Virus record (IMG/VR): IMGVR_UViG_3300045973_000630
Coordinates: 1 to 56,769 of that record
DNA: 56,769 nt
Source: a virus
Lineage: Duplodnaviria > Caudoviricetes
Reading direction: 5' to 3' (one strand)
In this document: positions 46,106 to 55,745 of the stretch, piece by piece
Numbering within the stretch: the stretch's first letter is position 1
Layout of the letters: each line of letters begins with the position of its first letter
Program-made: the position numbers and the translations under genes
Notes under the pieces: model-generated
Told to the model about the DNA's origin: nothing
Database searches by the model: none
What the model saw: only the letters and a program-made list of their open reading frames with translations

Positions 46106-46327
46106 ATGATTGAAAAGTCTTGTAAATGCGGAACTTTAAAAAAGAACTTTAAATTTGATATTGGTACTAATTTTGTAGCAGAGTGTTGCTTAGAAAATGG
46201 GTATACAGAAATAGGTGAACTAGTTTCAGATGTAGAAGCTCGCAATGCTGCAATTGCCGAAGAAGCGCGTAAACTTACTGTAATGAATCCTAGAGTAGTT
46301 AAAAAGACTATAAAAAAGCCAGTTTAA
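46106..46327 (+). CDS. hypothetical protein
   Basis: GGGG upstream; CxC...CC. Confidence 0.6.
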   Translation: MIEKSCKCGTLKKNFKFDIGTNFVAECCLENGYTEIGELVSDVEARNAAIAEEARKLTVMNPRVVKKTIKKPV

Positions 46328-46328
46328 C

Positions 46329-46583
46329 ATGAATATGTTTAAAGATACTCCTATATTTGAAACCCAAAACGCGGATTTAGCTACATTTTTAATGCTTGAG
46401 GGTATAAAATTACTAGAAGTAAAAAGACTTGAAACTAATAATAAACTAGTAATTCTAAGGTTTTTAGATGAAAAACAAAATTGTCTAGACTTAGAGCGAG
46501 TCTATTTAAGCTCGCAGTTTAAGAAATTTAGGGATATAAACAAATACTTATTAGCTAAAATACACCAGGCACTTAGAGACTAG
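46329..46583 (+). CDS. DUF5659-like protein
   Basis: FETQNADLATFLML...F pattern. Confidence 0.55.
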   Translation: MNMFKDTPIFETQNADLATFLMLEGIKLLEVKRLETNNKLVILRFLDEKQNCLDLERVYLSSQFKKFRDINKYLLAKIHQALRD

Positions 46584-46655
46584 ATATAATAAAAACAGGT
46601 TACACGGGTAGCCTAAAAGTCTCTAATTAAAACCTAGAGTTGGAAATGGATTGGT

Positions 46656-47588
46656 ATGGCAATAGAAAAGACCTGGCTAGAAGTGCCAGCTATATTCTTA
46701 TTAGTTGACGGAACCACTGAAGGTGAACTAGCTATTCCATCAACCCTACCATTCAAAGTTAAACAACGAATATTCATAAGATCAAATACATTAGCCCCAT
46801 TAGAACTTGAAATCAAAAGAATTACTAGTAATACACTACTTCAAGTCGGAAGTATTGGAAAAGGCATAAAAAATAGAGTAGATTTAAGCCAGTTTACTTT
46901 AGCAGATACTGCATCTATTTTTTCGGTAGAACAGTCAAGACCGGCAATTCCCCCAGATGACTATAACCGTGCGGTTTACGAAGAAGAGCCAACCGTAGCG
47001 CTAAGAACTATATTAGTTGACCCACTAGGTAATAAGTTTAGTAAAACTAATCCGGTACCTGTCCAGTTATCCGATGGATCCATTAGTATTGGTACCGTTA
47101 ACGCAGAACTAGAAGTTCAGTTAAGTCATAAAAATGATACGCCCAATTTAGGCGATATTGCAGATTCAGTCAGAATAGGTGACGGAATCAATGAATTAAA
47201 TGTGAATTCAGACGGGTCGTTAAATGTAGTAGTTCAAACTGCGGGGACCAGTAGCACTACTATTAGTGTATTTAATCAAGTAAGTTCAGTAGCTAACGGA
47301 GTATTGACTGATGTAGTTACTTATACCGTTCCCGGAATCGGTACCTTTTATTTAAATAAACTAGACTATTCTGGAGATAATATCGCAAGATTTCAAGTAG
47401 AACTAAATTCCGGAATAATAGACATTCAGCGTACATTTTTCGCCGGAGGACTAAACGGAGTATTTGATTTTGCTAATGGATCCAAGGGGTTAGTATTAAC
47501 CGCCGGGGATATACTTAAATTAAGAGTTTTTCACGCTAGACCGACTGCTGGTGATTTTTCGGGTCGGATTCAGTTAACACAATCTTAG
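46656..47588 (+). CDS. putative virion structural protein
   Basis: Beta-rich (G/S/T/V). The C-terminal domain resembles that of 47800. Confidence 0.65.
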   Translation: MAIEKTWLEVPAIFLLVDGTTEGELAIPSTLPFKVKQRIFIRSNTLAPLELEIKRITSNTLLQVGSIGKGIKNRVDLSQFTLADTASIFSVEQSRPAIPPDDYNRAVYEEEPTVALRTILVDPLGNKFSKTNPVPVQLSDGSISIGTVNAELEVQLSHKNDTPNLGDIADSVRIGDGINELNVNSDGSLNVVVQTAGTSSTTISVFNQVSSVANGVLTDVVTYTVPGIGTFYLNKLDYSGDNIARFQVELNSGIIDIQRTFFAGGLNGVFDFANGSKGLVLTAGDILKLRVFHARPTAGDFSGRIQLTQS

Positions 47589-47614
47589 ATATAATCTAAA
47601 GAAGCGGGGTTCAT

Positions 47615-47788
47615 ATGAGTATTGATAAAAAGCGAAAAGGGCTAGAGTTAAAGCGAGTTGAGTTAGCAAAAGAAGAATTAGAGTTCAAAGTCATTGAACG
47701 CCAAGAAGATATTAAGCGTCTGCAAGAACATATTAAAGTTCAAGACGATAAAATTAACCAACTCAAATTAGAAGTTGAAAGTAATTAA
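47615..47788 (+). CDS. 57-aa coiled-coil protein
   Basis: MSIDKKRKGLELKRVELAKEELEFK..., with GGGG upstream; below the ORF-track cutoff. Confidence 0.65.
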   Translation: MSIDKKRKGLELKRVELAKEELEFKVIERQEDIKRLQEHIKVQDDKINQLKLEVESN

Positions 47789-47799
47789 GGGGAATAAAA

Positions 47800-48708
47800 A
47801 TGAGTGACGCAAATAGTTCATTACCAATAAGAACCGAGAATAATGGCGATGTAAAAGCTATATTAGTCGATGGAACAATAACCTCGCAAGCATTGGCAAT
47901 TGACGCAGCTGGTAAAGTTAGCGTTAAGTTAGATGATGCCGCAGGTACTGGACTTACTTCACAAGTGAACGGCACACAACAAGCATTAGATGTAGGTATT
48001 AATGTTGCGGGGGTTCAAGTTGATCCTAGAGATACTAGGGCATTAACTGCAACAGATGTAGTTACATCTAATCAAGGTTCTGCAAATACTTTAGCAAATG
48101 CTTGGCCAGTAAAACCAACAGACGGAACTAACTCTCAAAGTTTTACAGCAACTGGGGAAGCTAAGGTTGAAGTTACACAACCACTCCCAGCTGGTACAAA
48201 TACAATAGGCGCAGTAACTCAAGCGTCTGGTCCCTGGACTCAGAATTTAACGCAAGTTGGCGGAAGTTCTATAGCTCTTGGCCAAACTACAATGGCTGCA
48301 TCTTTGCCTGTTACATTAGCGTCTAACCAAGGACCAATTGCAGTAAGCATTAGTTCCGATGGAGTTGGTACAGAGATTGATGCTTATAATACAGCGTCTG
48401 CAGTCGCAGCCGGTGCAAATTCAAATCATGATTACACAGTTACTGCTGGAAAAACTCTCCAGTTGACTCAAATCGAAGCCTCTGCTTCTGGTAAACTTAA
48501 AATAGAAGTTCAAGTTGAAACAGGAGTAGGCGCTGGAACATTTACAACTAAATTTGTACAATTCAACTCTACGGCTAACCCAAATTGCTCTTTAAAAATA
48601 GGTCCAGCAATCTCAGTTGCGGCCGGAGTTAAAGTTAGAATTATCAGAACTAATAAAGATAATCAAGTCCAAGATTTGTATAGTACAATTTGCGGACAAG
48701 AAATTTAA
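47800..48708 (+). CDS. putative virion fibre/structural protein
   Basis: A/T/G/S-rich, with fibre-like segments PLPAGTNTIGAV and SLPVTLASNQ. Confidence 0.7.
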   Translation: MSDANSSLPIRTENNGDVKAILVDGTITSQALAIDAAGKVSVKLDDAAGTGLTSQVNGTQQALDVGINVAGVQVDPRDTRALTATDVVTSNQGSANTLANAWPVKPTDGTNSQSFTATGEAKVEVTQPLPAGTNTIGAVTQASGPWTQNLTQVGGSSIALGQTTMAASLPVTLASNQGPIAVSISSDGVGTEIDAYNTASAVAAGANSNHDYTVTAGKTLQLTQIEASASGKLKIEVQVETGVGAGTFTTKFVQFNSTANPNCSLKIGPAISVAAGVKVRIIRTNKDNQVQDLYSTICGQEI

Positions 48709-48724
48709 ATTCAATGAGGTCTAA

Positions 48725-49129
48725 GTGTCTGACATTACTGATATTCAAGCGGCGCAAGCTGTAAAAATTATAGGGTCAGATTCTACTGGGGTTGAACAAA
48801 CCCCAGTTATGGCTACATTAAACGGAGATTTAAGTACTTCAGATGGCCTAAAAAGCGGGGGACTTGAGGGAGTATTAACACTAACTCTAGCGAATACTAT
48901 ATACGAGGTTAAAGTTGGAGCAAGTCCGTTAGCTAACAGAAAGTTAATAACTATACAACCTGATTTTGATATGTACTGGGGTTATCGTAATACGGTTACA
49001 ACTTCAACAGGCACTTTAATCCATAAAAATCAGTTTATACAATTTTCAGTTGACCCAAATAGCGGATTTACAGTATATTTAATTTGTGGTTCTGCAAGTA
49101 AAACTGCGCGCCTAACTGAGAGTCCTTAA
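48725..49129 (+). CDS. putative virion structural protein
   Basis: Beta-rich ORF in the structural cluster. Confidence 0.6.
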   Translation: MSDITDIQAAQAVKIIGSDSTGVEQTPVMATLNGDLSTSDGLKSGGLEGVLTLTLANTIYEVKVGASPLANRKLITIQPDFDMYWGYRNTVTTSTGTLIHKNQFIQFSVDPNSGFTVYLICGSASKTARLTESP

Positions 49130-49130
49130 T

Positions 49131-49619
49131 ATGAGCTCAAAAATAATAGTATCATCAGTTGCTAAATCTGTACCGTTCGATAATGCTACAAACGGGTTTA
49201 TTGCCCAAGAAACACAATCGGCTATCGAAGAGGCTAAACAAAATGCAGAAGGTTTCCCAAGAGCCGGGATAATCCTAACTGCAAACGGGACGCAATCTAA
49301 TGGTGATTGGATTAGTTATTCAGAACTTACTCCAAGCGCAAAAATAGTATTCCCGGTAAACAGTAGACTAAATGAAATAACCTTTTCAAATAATACTCCA
49401 GACGTAGAATTTGCTCTTGAATTCTATAAAAATGGTACAGCGATTGGAAACTTAGTATATACTTGGACGGTTAACACGAGTCCAGGAGTAGATTTTAGTT
49501 ACACCTCGGGAATTAACATAAATTTTGTAGCAGGAGACTGGATCCGAATTAAGTATATAGATCAAGGGGATAATACCTCAGATTTAAATGTAGTATTGTG
49601 GATTAGTAGGATAGCATAA
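49131..49619 (+). CDS. putative virion structural protein
   Basis: AKSVPFDN...TQSAIEE fibre-type motif. Confidence 0.6.
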   Translation: MSSKIIVSSVAKSVPFDNATNGFIAQETQSAIEEAKQNAEGFPRAGIILTANGTQSNGDWISYSELTPSAKIVFPVNSRLNEITFSNNTPDVEFALEFYKNGTAIGNLVYTWTVNTSPGVDFSYTSGININFVAGDWIRIKYIDQGDNTSDLNVVLWISRIA

Positions 49620-49987
49620 TGGCATTAATCAAAATACTAAAAAATAATTCAGGAGCAGAACTCCAAATATTAAATAGGCAAGTTGCAAATGCGGATAGTT
49701 ACAATGTACCTTATGGGCAGTTTACTAAATTAGCAGATTCTGAATATATTGTCACATTGGTTACAAGCGGCGGTATTATTGTAAATAACGGAACTTTAGA
49801 TTTAGCCAGTTCAGACGCAATAGCTTATCTAAAATTGATGGAAGCGCCGTCTCCCGGGATGAGTTTTTCTAAAGTAGATACCTATCTTGAAGTGCCAATT
49901 AATCGACAGATGATTGTGTATCAAGAAATAGAGATGCTTCTGGGGCAAGAACTCGCGATTAACGGCGAATTGGTTTTAATAGAATAA
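49619..49987 (+). CDS. putative virion structural protein
   Basis: ORF coupled by a TAATG overlap within the structural cluster. Confidence 0.6.
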   Translation: MALIKILKNNSGAELQILNRQVANADSYNVPYGQFTKLADSEYIVTLVTSGGIIVNNGTLDLASSDAIAYLKLMEAPSPGMSFSKVDTYLEVPINRQMIVYQEIEMLLGQELAINGELVLIE

Positions 49988-49997
49988 AGGATTTAAG

Positions 49998-52900
49998 ATG
50001 TCAACTATACTTTTTACTGAACAAGTTACTCCAGCTAGTCCTTCTGTAGGTAAGGTCCGGTTATTTATAGATAATAATGATAGCACTTTAAAGTCTGTAG
50101 ATTTTAATGGAGTTGTTACCACTTATGGTGGAGCACTAACTACTGAACAAATTCAGGACTTAGTTGGGGCATTTATAAGCGCTGGAAGCACAAAAGTTCT
50201 TATAAATTATAATGATGTTGGAAATATACTAACTATAGATATAGACGAAACTCAAATAGACCATACCGCCTTATTAAATATAGGAACAAATACCCATTCT
50301 CAAATAGATACACATTTAGCGTCAACGTTAAATCCACATTCGGTTACTAAGACTCAAGTGGGGTTAAGTAATGTTCCCAACTTAGATACTTCAAATCCCG
50401 CAAATATAACGCAAGATATTACACATAGGTTTGCTACGGATACAGAAAAATCTACATGGAATGGAAAACAGGATTCTATAACGGGAGCAGCCACTACTAT
50501 TACCGCATCAAATCTAACAGCTTCCAAAGCTTTAACTTCTGATGTATCTGGTAAAGTAGCAGTATCTTCGGTAAGTTCAACAGAACTTGGGTATATTTCT
50601 GGAGTTACTTCTGCAATTCAAACACAATTAGGTAATAAAGTTACGGGTAATACTTCTATAACTGGAGCTACTGCAACGAAATTAACTTATGATTCTAAAG
50701 GACTAGTAACTAGCGGAACCCAAGCGTCCTTAAATGATTTAAGTGACGTATTATATAATAGTCCTATATTAGATGAAGTCTTAAAGTGGAATGGTACTAA
50801 ATTTGTAAACGGTAACCCTGCAACAGTAAATGCTGGTGCTGGTGTTGCCCAATTTCTAAGTGTAACTGCTTCTGGAATCGGAGCGTATGAATTAATGTCA
50901 AAAAGTCCGGATAGTAACACGGAAATTATAGAATCAATTGTAGTAAACAATAATACAGTTTTACTAGAAGGATATATAGGAGATGCCGTAATTGGTGGAA
51001 CTCAGATAGATGCAGGAATTTGGGAATTTAATCTTTATTCTTATGTTGATACCATAGCGGGTGTTTCTAATTTTGTAATTGAAATTTATACTAGGACTTC
51101 CGGTGGAACCGAGACTTTATTATTTAGTCTAGATTCCCAAACTATAAATAGTACCTCCATTATATTAACTACCTCGCAAACTGTACAACCATCTTTTACT
51201 TGCAATGCTACCGATAAACTTCTGTTTAAAATCTACGGAAAAACAACTAATACCTCAAATACAATCGTTTACTTAGTTCATTCTGGAACAGTAAATTACT
51301 CGCATTTTCATACACCTCTTGTAACTAGACATAATGATCTAGCAGGTCTCCAAGGTGGTACTACCGGACAACAATACCACTTAACTTCTAGTGAATATAC
51401 TGGTACCGGAACTGGAAATTTTGTTAGAGCATTAAGTCCCAATATTACAACACCAACTGGAATTGTCAAATCGGATGTTGGTTTAAGTAACGTAGATAAT
51501 ACTTCAGATACTACAAAGAATTCTGCAGCAGTTACTCTGACTAATAAAGCTATATCCGGTTCGAGTAATACCTTATCTAATATAGGATATTCTAGTTTAA
51601 GTTTAACTGGTTCTATAGTAAATACTGATATTTCAGTTAGTGCGGATATAGCGTTATCAAAATTAGCAACAGTAACTACTGGAAAAACTTTACAATCTAA
51701 TATCACAACAGGGTTGATAGAAGCTTCATCAGTTACTAATACAGAATTAGGTTATTTATCAGGAGTAACTTCAGCATTACAAACGCAACTTTCAGGTAAA
51801 GCACCGTTAGTATCTCCAGCATTAACCGGAACTCCGAGTGCCCCTACCGCAACACTTGGAACTTATACTACACAAATTGCTACAACAGCTTTTGTATTAG
51901 CTAATATTGGGACTCCACCAGATGCAACTACTATTGCTAAAGGTATAGTTCAACTTTCTGGAGATTTAGCTGGAACTGCGGCAGCTCCATCAGTAGTAAA
52001 AATACGAGGAAGTTCTGTATCCGCCACTGCTCCTAGTGATGGCGAAACCTTAGTATGGAACTCCGCAACATCTGAGTATGCACCACAAGGTCCGGTAACA
52101 ACAACTACCGTAAATACAGTATCTGATATTAACACTCAACTCACCAATACCTCAAACTACTATCAGATATTTATAGGAAGTGTTCCAGGTCAAAGGGTTA
52201 CTCTACCAGATGCAACAACTATAGGCTTAGCTGATGATTTTTTTATTATAAATGATAGTAGCACTATAATCCCAGTATATAATTTTGTCGGAACTTTACA
52301 AGGAATTGTCTACCCACAAATGTATGGGGAGTTTATGCTAACAGTACAAACTACTTCAGCTGGAGAGTGGTTTAATGAGATAGCATTTCCTAATTATCAA
52401 CAACAATCAGTATTATATGATGATTTTATAAATTCTGGAACCTCATCTCTTACTATAGGAATGTTAGGTTGGGCCATAGTTACAGGAACTGGTGGTAACG
52501 TCACTTATTCCGCTGGAACTGCTAATGATTATGGAGTAGTAACCTTAAGTTCAGGAACTAGTACAACAACTGGAGCAGCAATTCATTTAGGTAATACCGC
52601 TACAGTTGCGGGTGGTGGTATTAGTGTATTTGAATATAGAATTAGAGTCCCAGTCTTATCGACAGTAGCCCAAGAATTTAATTTATTTATAGGAACTAAT
52701 AATAATATAACAACTAATGCAGTTCCAACTAATGGTATATTCTTCTCGTATGAAAGAATAACAAGCGTAAATTGGCTTTGTAATACAACTAATGGCGGAA
52801 CTAGAACTACTGTAACTTCAACAATACCTATAGTAGCAAATACCTGGTTTAAGTTAACCGGAGTAGTAAATGCAGCGGGAACTCAAGTTGATTTCTATAT

Positions 52901-53051
52901 AAATGGAACTTTCGTGGGTTCATCAACTACAAATATTACAACCTCAACTATAGCACCGAATTTGACTATTAGAAAAACTGTAGGAACTACTGCTATGACC
53001 GTCGGTTGCGATTATTTCTATCATACAAAAACTTTTAGTGTGATAAGATAA
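49998..53051 (+). CDS. long fibre protein with C-terminal lectin/LamG-like domain
   Basis: NPHSVTKTQVGLSNV, TELGYxSGVTSAxQTQL twice, KAPLVSPALTGTPSAPT...QIATTAFV, DATTIAKGIVQL and WFKL...FYINGTFV. Confidence 0.8.
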   Translation: MSTILFTEQVTPASPSVGKVRLFIDNNDSTLKSVDFNGVVTTYGGALTTEQIQDLVGAFISAGSTKVLINYNDVGNILTIDIDETQIDHTALLNIGTNTHSQIDTHLASTLNPHSVTKTQVGLSNVPNLDTSNPANITQDITHRFATDTEKSTWNGKQDSITGAATTITASNLTASKALTSDVSGKVAVSSVSSTELGYISGVTSAIQTQLGNKVTGNTSITGATATKLTYDSKGLVTSGTQASLNDLSDVLYNSPILDEVLKWNGTKFVNGNPATVNAGAGVAQFLSVTASGIGAYELMSKSPDSNTEIIESIVVNNNTVLLEGYIGDAVIGGTQIDAGIWEFNLYSYVDTIAGVSNFVIEIYTRTSGGTETLLFSLDSQTINSTSIILTTSQTVQPSFTCNATDKLLFKIYGKTTNTSNTIVYLVHSGTVNYSHFHTPLVTRHNDLAGLQGGTTGQQYHLTSSEYTGTGTGNFVRALSPNITTPTGIVKSDVGLSNVDNTSDTTKNSAAVTLTNKAISGSSNTLSNIGYSSLSLTGSIVNTDISVSADIALSKLATVTTGKTLQSNITTGLIEASSVTNTELGYLSGVTSALQTQLSGKAPLVSPALTGTPSAPTATLGTYTTQIATTAFVLANIGTPPDATTIAKGIVQLSGDLAGTAAAPSVVKIRGSSVSATAPSDGETLVWNSATSEYAPQGPVTTTTVNTVSDINTQLTNTSNYYQIFIGSVPGQRVTLPDATTIGLADDFFIINDSSTIIPVYNFVGTLQGIVYPQMYGEFMLTVQTTSAGEWFNEIAFPNYQQQSVLYDDFINSGTSSLTIGMLGWAIVTGTGGNVTYSAGTANDYGVVTLSSGTSTTTGAAIHLGNTATVAGGGISVFEYRIRVPVLSTVAQEFNLFIGTNNNITTNAVPTNGIFFSYERITSVNWLCNTTNGGTRTTVTSTIPIVANTWFKLTGVVNAAGTQVDFYINGTFVGSSTTNITTSTIAPNLTIRKTVGTTAMTVGCDYFYHTKTFSVIR

Positions 53052-53452
53052 TGAAATATATAGTTATAACCCAAAATTCTAAGATTGAGTTTAGTAGCAA
53101 AGCTGAGGCCGATGCTTATGTAGCAACTCTAGTTAACCCCTATACACTATTGTCAGAGCAAGAAACGCTTGAGATATCTTTAGCAAAAAAGAAGAGAGAA
53201 TATGGGTTATATATTTCCAATGAACTAATCGAACGCCTAGGTGCTAGAAATAAGATTTTAGGCCTAACTGGCACACAAGTTACTCAGATGCTAACACAAT
53301 TAGCAGGAGTTCGATCCTTATTGGAAACGGGGGCGTTAGGGACCGCGCGTGGGTATATGGGTCAATTTCGAGCAGCTTTTCCAAGTCATTCTGATATATT
53401 TACAGCGGGTATAAATGATATAAACATATTCGAGCAGGAAAATGGATTATGA
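53051..53452 (+). CDS. hypothetical protein, possible fibre assembly chaperone
   Basis: Coupled directly downstream of the fibre gene. Confidence 0.5.
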   Translation: MKYIVITQNSKIEFSSKAEADAYVATLVNPYTLLSEQETLEISLAKKKREYGLYISNELIERLGARNKILGLTGTQVTQMLTQLAGVRSLLETGALGTARGYMGQFRAAFPSHSDIFTAGINDINIFEQENGL

Positions 53453-53928
53453 AACAATTAACTATTGGGTTCAGTAAACCTATTAAGTCCAAAATAGGAG
53501 CTTGGTTAATAGAGAAATGGATGAATAAGCCATATTCTCACGTTTTCTTTTATTACCAAGATGACCAAAAGAGAGACTTAGTGTTTCAGGCGGCCCACGG
53601 ATTAGTTCATTTAATCTCCTTAGAAAGATTCTTACACGATAACAAAATAGTAAAGACTTATGTTTTAGATGCTACTCCAGGAGAGTACCAAGCTTTCAGA
53701 GATTACTACTATTCAAAACTAGGTTTACCTTATGATTTCATGGACTTAGTATTTGTTTTCTTATTTAAATTGTTAGGAAAACTAGGTATAAAACATCAAT
53801 TTCCTAATTATTCTGGCTATATTTGCAGTGAACTAGCAAGCGATTGCTTAGCAAAAGTCTTTAAAGTCCCTTTAAATAAGCCAGCTAATATGTATGATCC
53901 TAGCGATGTAGAAGACTTACTGGTATAA
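53449..53928 (+). CDS. permuted papain-like amidase (YiiX/YebB-like NlpC/P60)
   Basis: YSHV precedes LGLPYD and ICSELA (His before Cys). Confidence 0.8.
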   Translation: MKQLTIGFSKPIKSKIGAWLIEKWMNKPYSHVFFYYQDDQKRDLVFQAAHGLVHLISLERFLHDNKIVKTYVLDATPGEYQAFRDYYYSKLGLPYDFMDLVFVFLFKLLGKLGIKHQFPNYSGYICSELASDCLAKVFKVPLNKPANMYDPSDVEDLLV

Positions 53929-53976
53929 TTTTAAATGACAAGTTAGCATTTAACAGTGAGAGGATACTAGTGCCCA

Positions 53977-54417
53977 ATGGAGAGACAAGACTTAATAATT
54001 AAGTTTATTGAACAGACCGCCGAAGTAACTCATGCAAAAATAGATGTTTTGAATGATAAAATTGAAGCTTTAGAAAAAGACAATAAAGGTTCAATAGAAG
54101 ATCATAAACAACATGAAAAAATAGCTTTTGAAACTAGATATATTCTAGACGCCCATTTACGCTCAGACGATACTTATCAAAAAAGTATAAACTCAAATTT
54201 AAGTCAAATCTCACAAATCTTAGAACGTAATACTACCTCGCTTCAAGAGCATATGAAAAGAACTGATCTTTTGGAAAAATTACATCAAGATAACCAAAAA
54301 AGAATTACTCTGTTAGAAGAACCAGGTAAGTTCTTGACATTATTAAAGAAATATGTAAAATACTTATTATTTATAGGCGGAGCAGCTGCAGCTATTACAA
54401 AATGGTTAAGTAAATAA
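53977..54417 (+). CDS. coiled-coil protein with C-terminal TM segment (holin-like candidate)
   Basis: Heptad repeats followed by YLLFIGGAAAAITKWL. Confidence 0.45.
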   Translation: MERQDLIIKFIEQTAEVTHAKIDVLNDKIEALEKDNKGSIEDHKQHEKIAFETRYILDAHLRSDDTYQKSINSNLSQISQILERNTTSLQEHMKRTDLLEKLHQDNQKRITLLEEPGKFLTLLKKYVKYLLFIGGAAAAITKWLSK

Positions 54418-54471
54418 CTACCAAGTCTCATTTGATTGATATAATTTAAATATCTTTAAGGAGACTCCTAA

Positions 54472-54885
54472 ATGCTTAAAATTAGACTAGTTAATAACCA
54501 AGTAACCTTAAATAACTTCAAGACCTTTGATGCTATTGAGTATGTTCCGAATATACCACTTACTATTAAATTCCAAATCTCAGATGCCGAAACTAAAATT
54601 AGATTTATGGCAAATGCTTCTGCAAAAATGAATATCATATTTCAAAAGACAGATGGCGGAACTTTAGTTAAAGTTGCAAGTAAACTATTCAACCCAAACG
54701 ATTTATCATTGTGGACGGTTTCACTCACTGCTAGCGAGTCAAATTCAATTGTAGGAAGCAACTTTCAAGTAGTACTAGACAATGCAGGAGATTCTACTTT
54801 GGCAGATCTAAGTGACTCTAGTCAACTAGACGCAGGGCAAGCTTACGGAGTACTTAGTAAACAAGTTTTGGAAGGTGATTGCTGA
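54472..54885 (+). CDS. putative virion protein
   Basis: AAGGAG ribosome binding site, beta-rich, upstream of the neck gene. Confidence 0.6.
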   Translation: MLKIRLVNNQVTLNNFKTFDAIEYVPNIPLTIKFQISDAETKIRFMANASAKMNIIFQKTDGGTLVKVASKLFNPNDLSLWTVSLTASESNSIVGSNFQVVLDNAGDSTLADLSDSSQLDAGQAYGVLSKQVLEGDC

Positions 54886-55736
54886 TGGGAAAAGTAACTG
54901 GTGGGACTAACGGGTTAGTGTCTATAAATAATATAAATGGAAAAAAGACAGAAGCACTTGTAACAGTGGAGCAACTAAAAGCAACTTGGATGTTCGGAGT
55001 CAAAATCCGCGACAGAGAGACCGGCGAATTTATATCAGATGAGGCTTATCAAAATGCTCTAGACACTGCAATATCAATGATGGAGCATTATCTTGATATT
55101 TCAATCTCTTTAGTTAGAGACCATGTAGACTATAAAGATTATAGACTTAATGATTATCAGGATTGGGGTTTCATGATGCTTGACAACTTTCCCGTCCATT
55201 CTATAACTTCACTTAAAATGGTTTATTTTAGGGATGAAAGCGGAGTACCTACTACAGTTCAAGAAATTCCCCCATCTTGGATTAGACTTAATGCGCATGA
55301 CGGAATTATTAGATTAATTCCAAATACTAGATTTCCAGCAAATTTACAAATTAATGAAACTGGTTCATTCTTTCCCGAAATCCTTAGAGCAGGGATGATC
55401 CCCAACATGTGGCAGATCACTTATTCATATGGCTTCGACTCTGGTAAAGTTCCAGTACTTCTCAATCAAGCGATTGCAATGAGTGCCGCAATTACTTTAA
55501 TGATTACGGCTGGACATTTACTTAATCTAGGAGCTGGGATATCATCGGCCAGTATATCATTAGACGGATTATCTCAATCAATTAATACTACAAATTCCGC
55601 TGAAAACTCTGGATTTTCAAGTACAATTAAGGATATTTCTGATAAATTATTTGGGGCTACAAAAGGGGATCCGACCGCTATAATGACAATACTTAAGAAT
55701 TATTATAAAGCTGCAGATGGCCTTACGGTCCTTTAA
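54879..55736 (+). CDS. head-tail adaptor / neck protein
   Basis: EHYLDI...ITYSYGF...GAGISSASISLDGLSQSINTTNSAENSGF...LKNYY, as in SPO1/Twort-like neck proteins. Confidence 0.75.
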   Translation: MLMGKVTGGTNGLVSINNINGKKTEALVTVEQLKATWMFGVKIRDRETGEFISDEAYQNALDTAISMMEHYLDISISLVRDHVDYKDYRLNDYQDWGFMMLDNFPVHSITSLKMVYFRDESGVPTTVQEIPPSWIRLNAHDGIIRLIPNTRFPANLQINETGSFFPEILRAGMIPNMWQITYSYGFDSGKVPVLLNQAIAMSAAITLMITAGHLLNLGAGISSASISLDGLSQSINTTNSAENSGFSSTIKDISDKLFGATKGDPTAIMTILKNYYKAADGLTVL

Positions 55737-55745
55737 GGAATTAAC

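Noticed and set aside
49998-53051. Diversity-generating retroelement target in the fibre gene
   Set aside because: The internal repeats are diverged protein-level fibre motifs. No adenine-specific repeat pair or reverse transcriptase is in the window.
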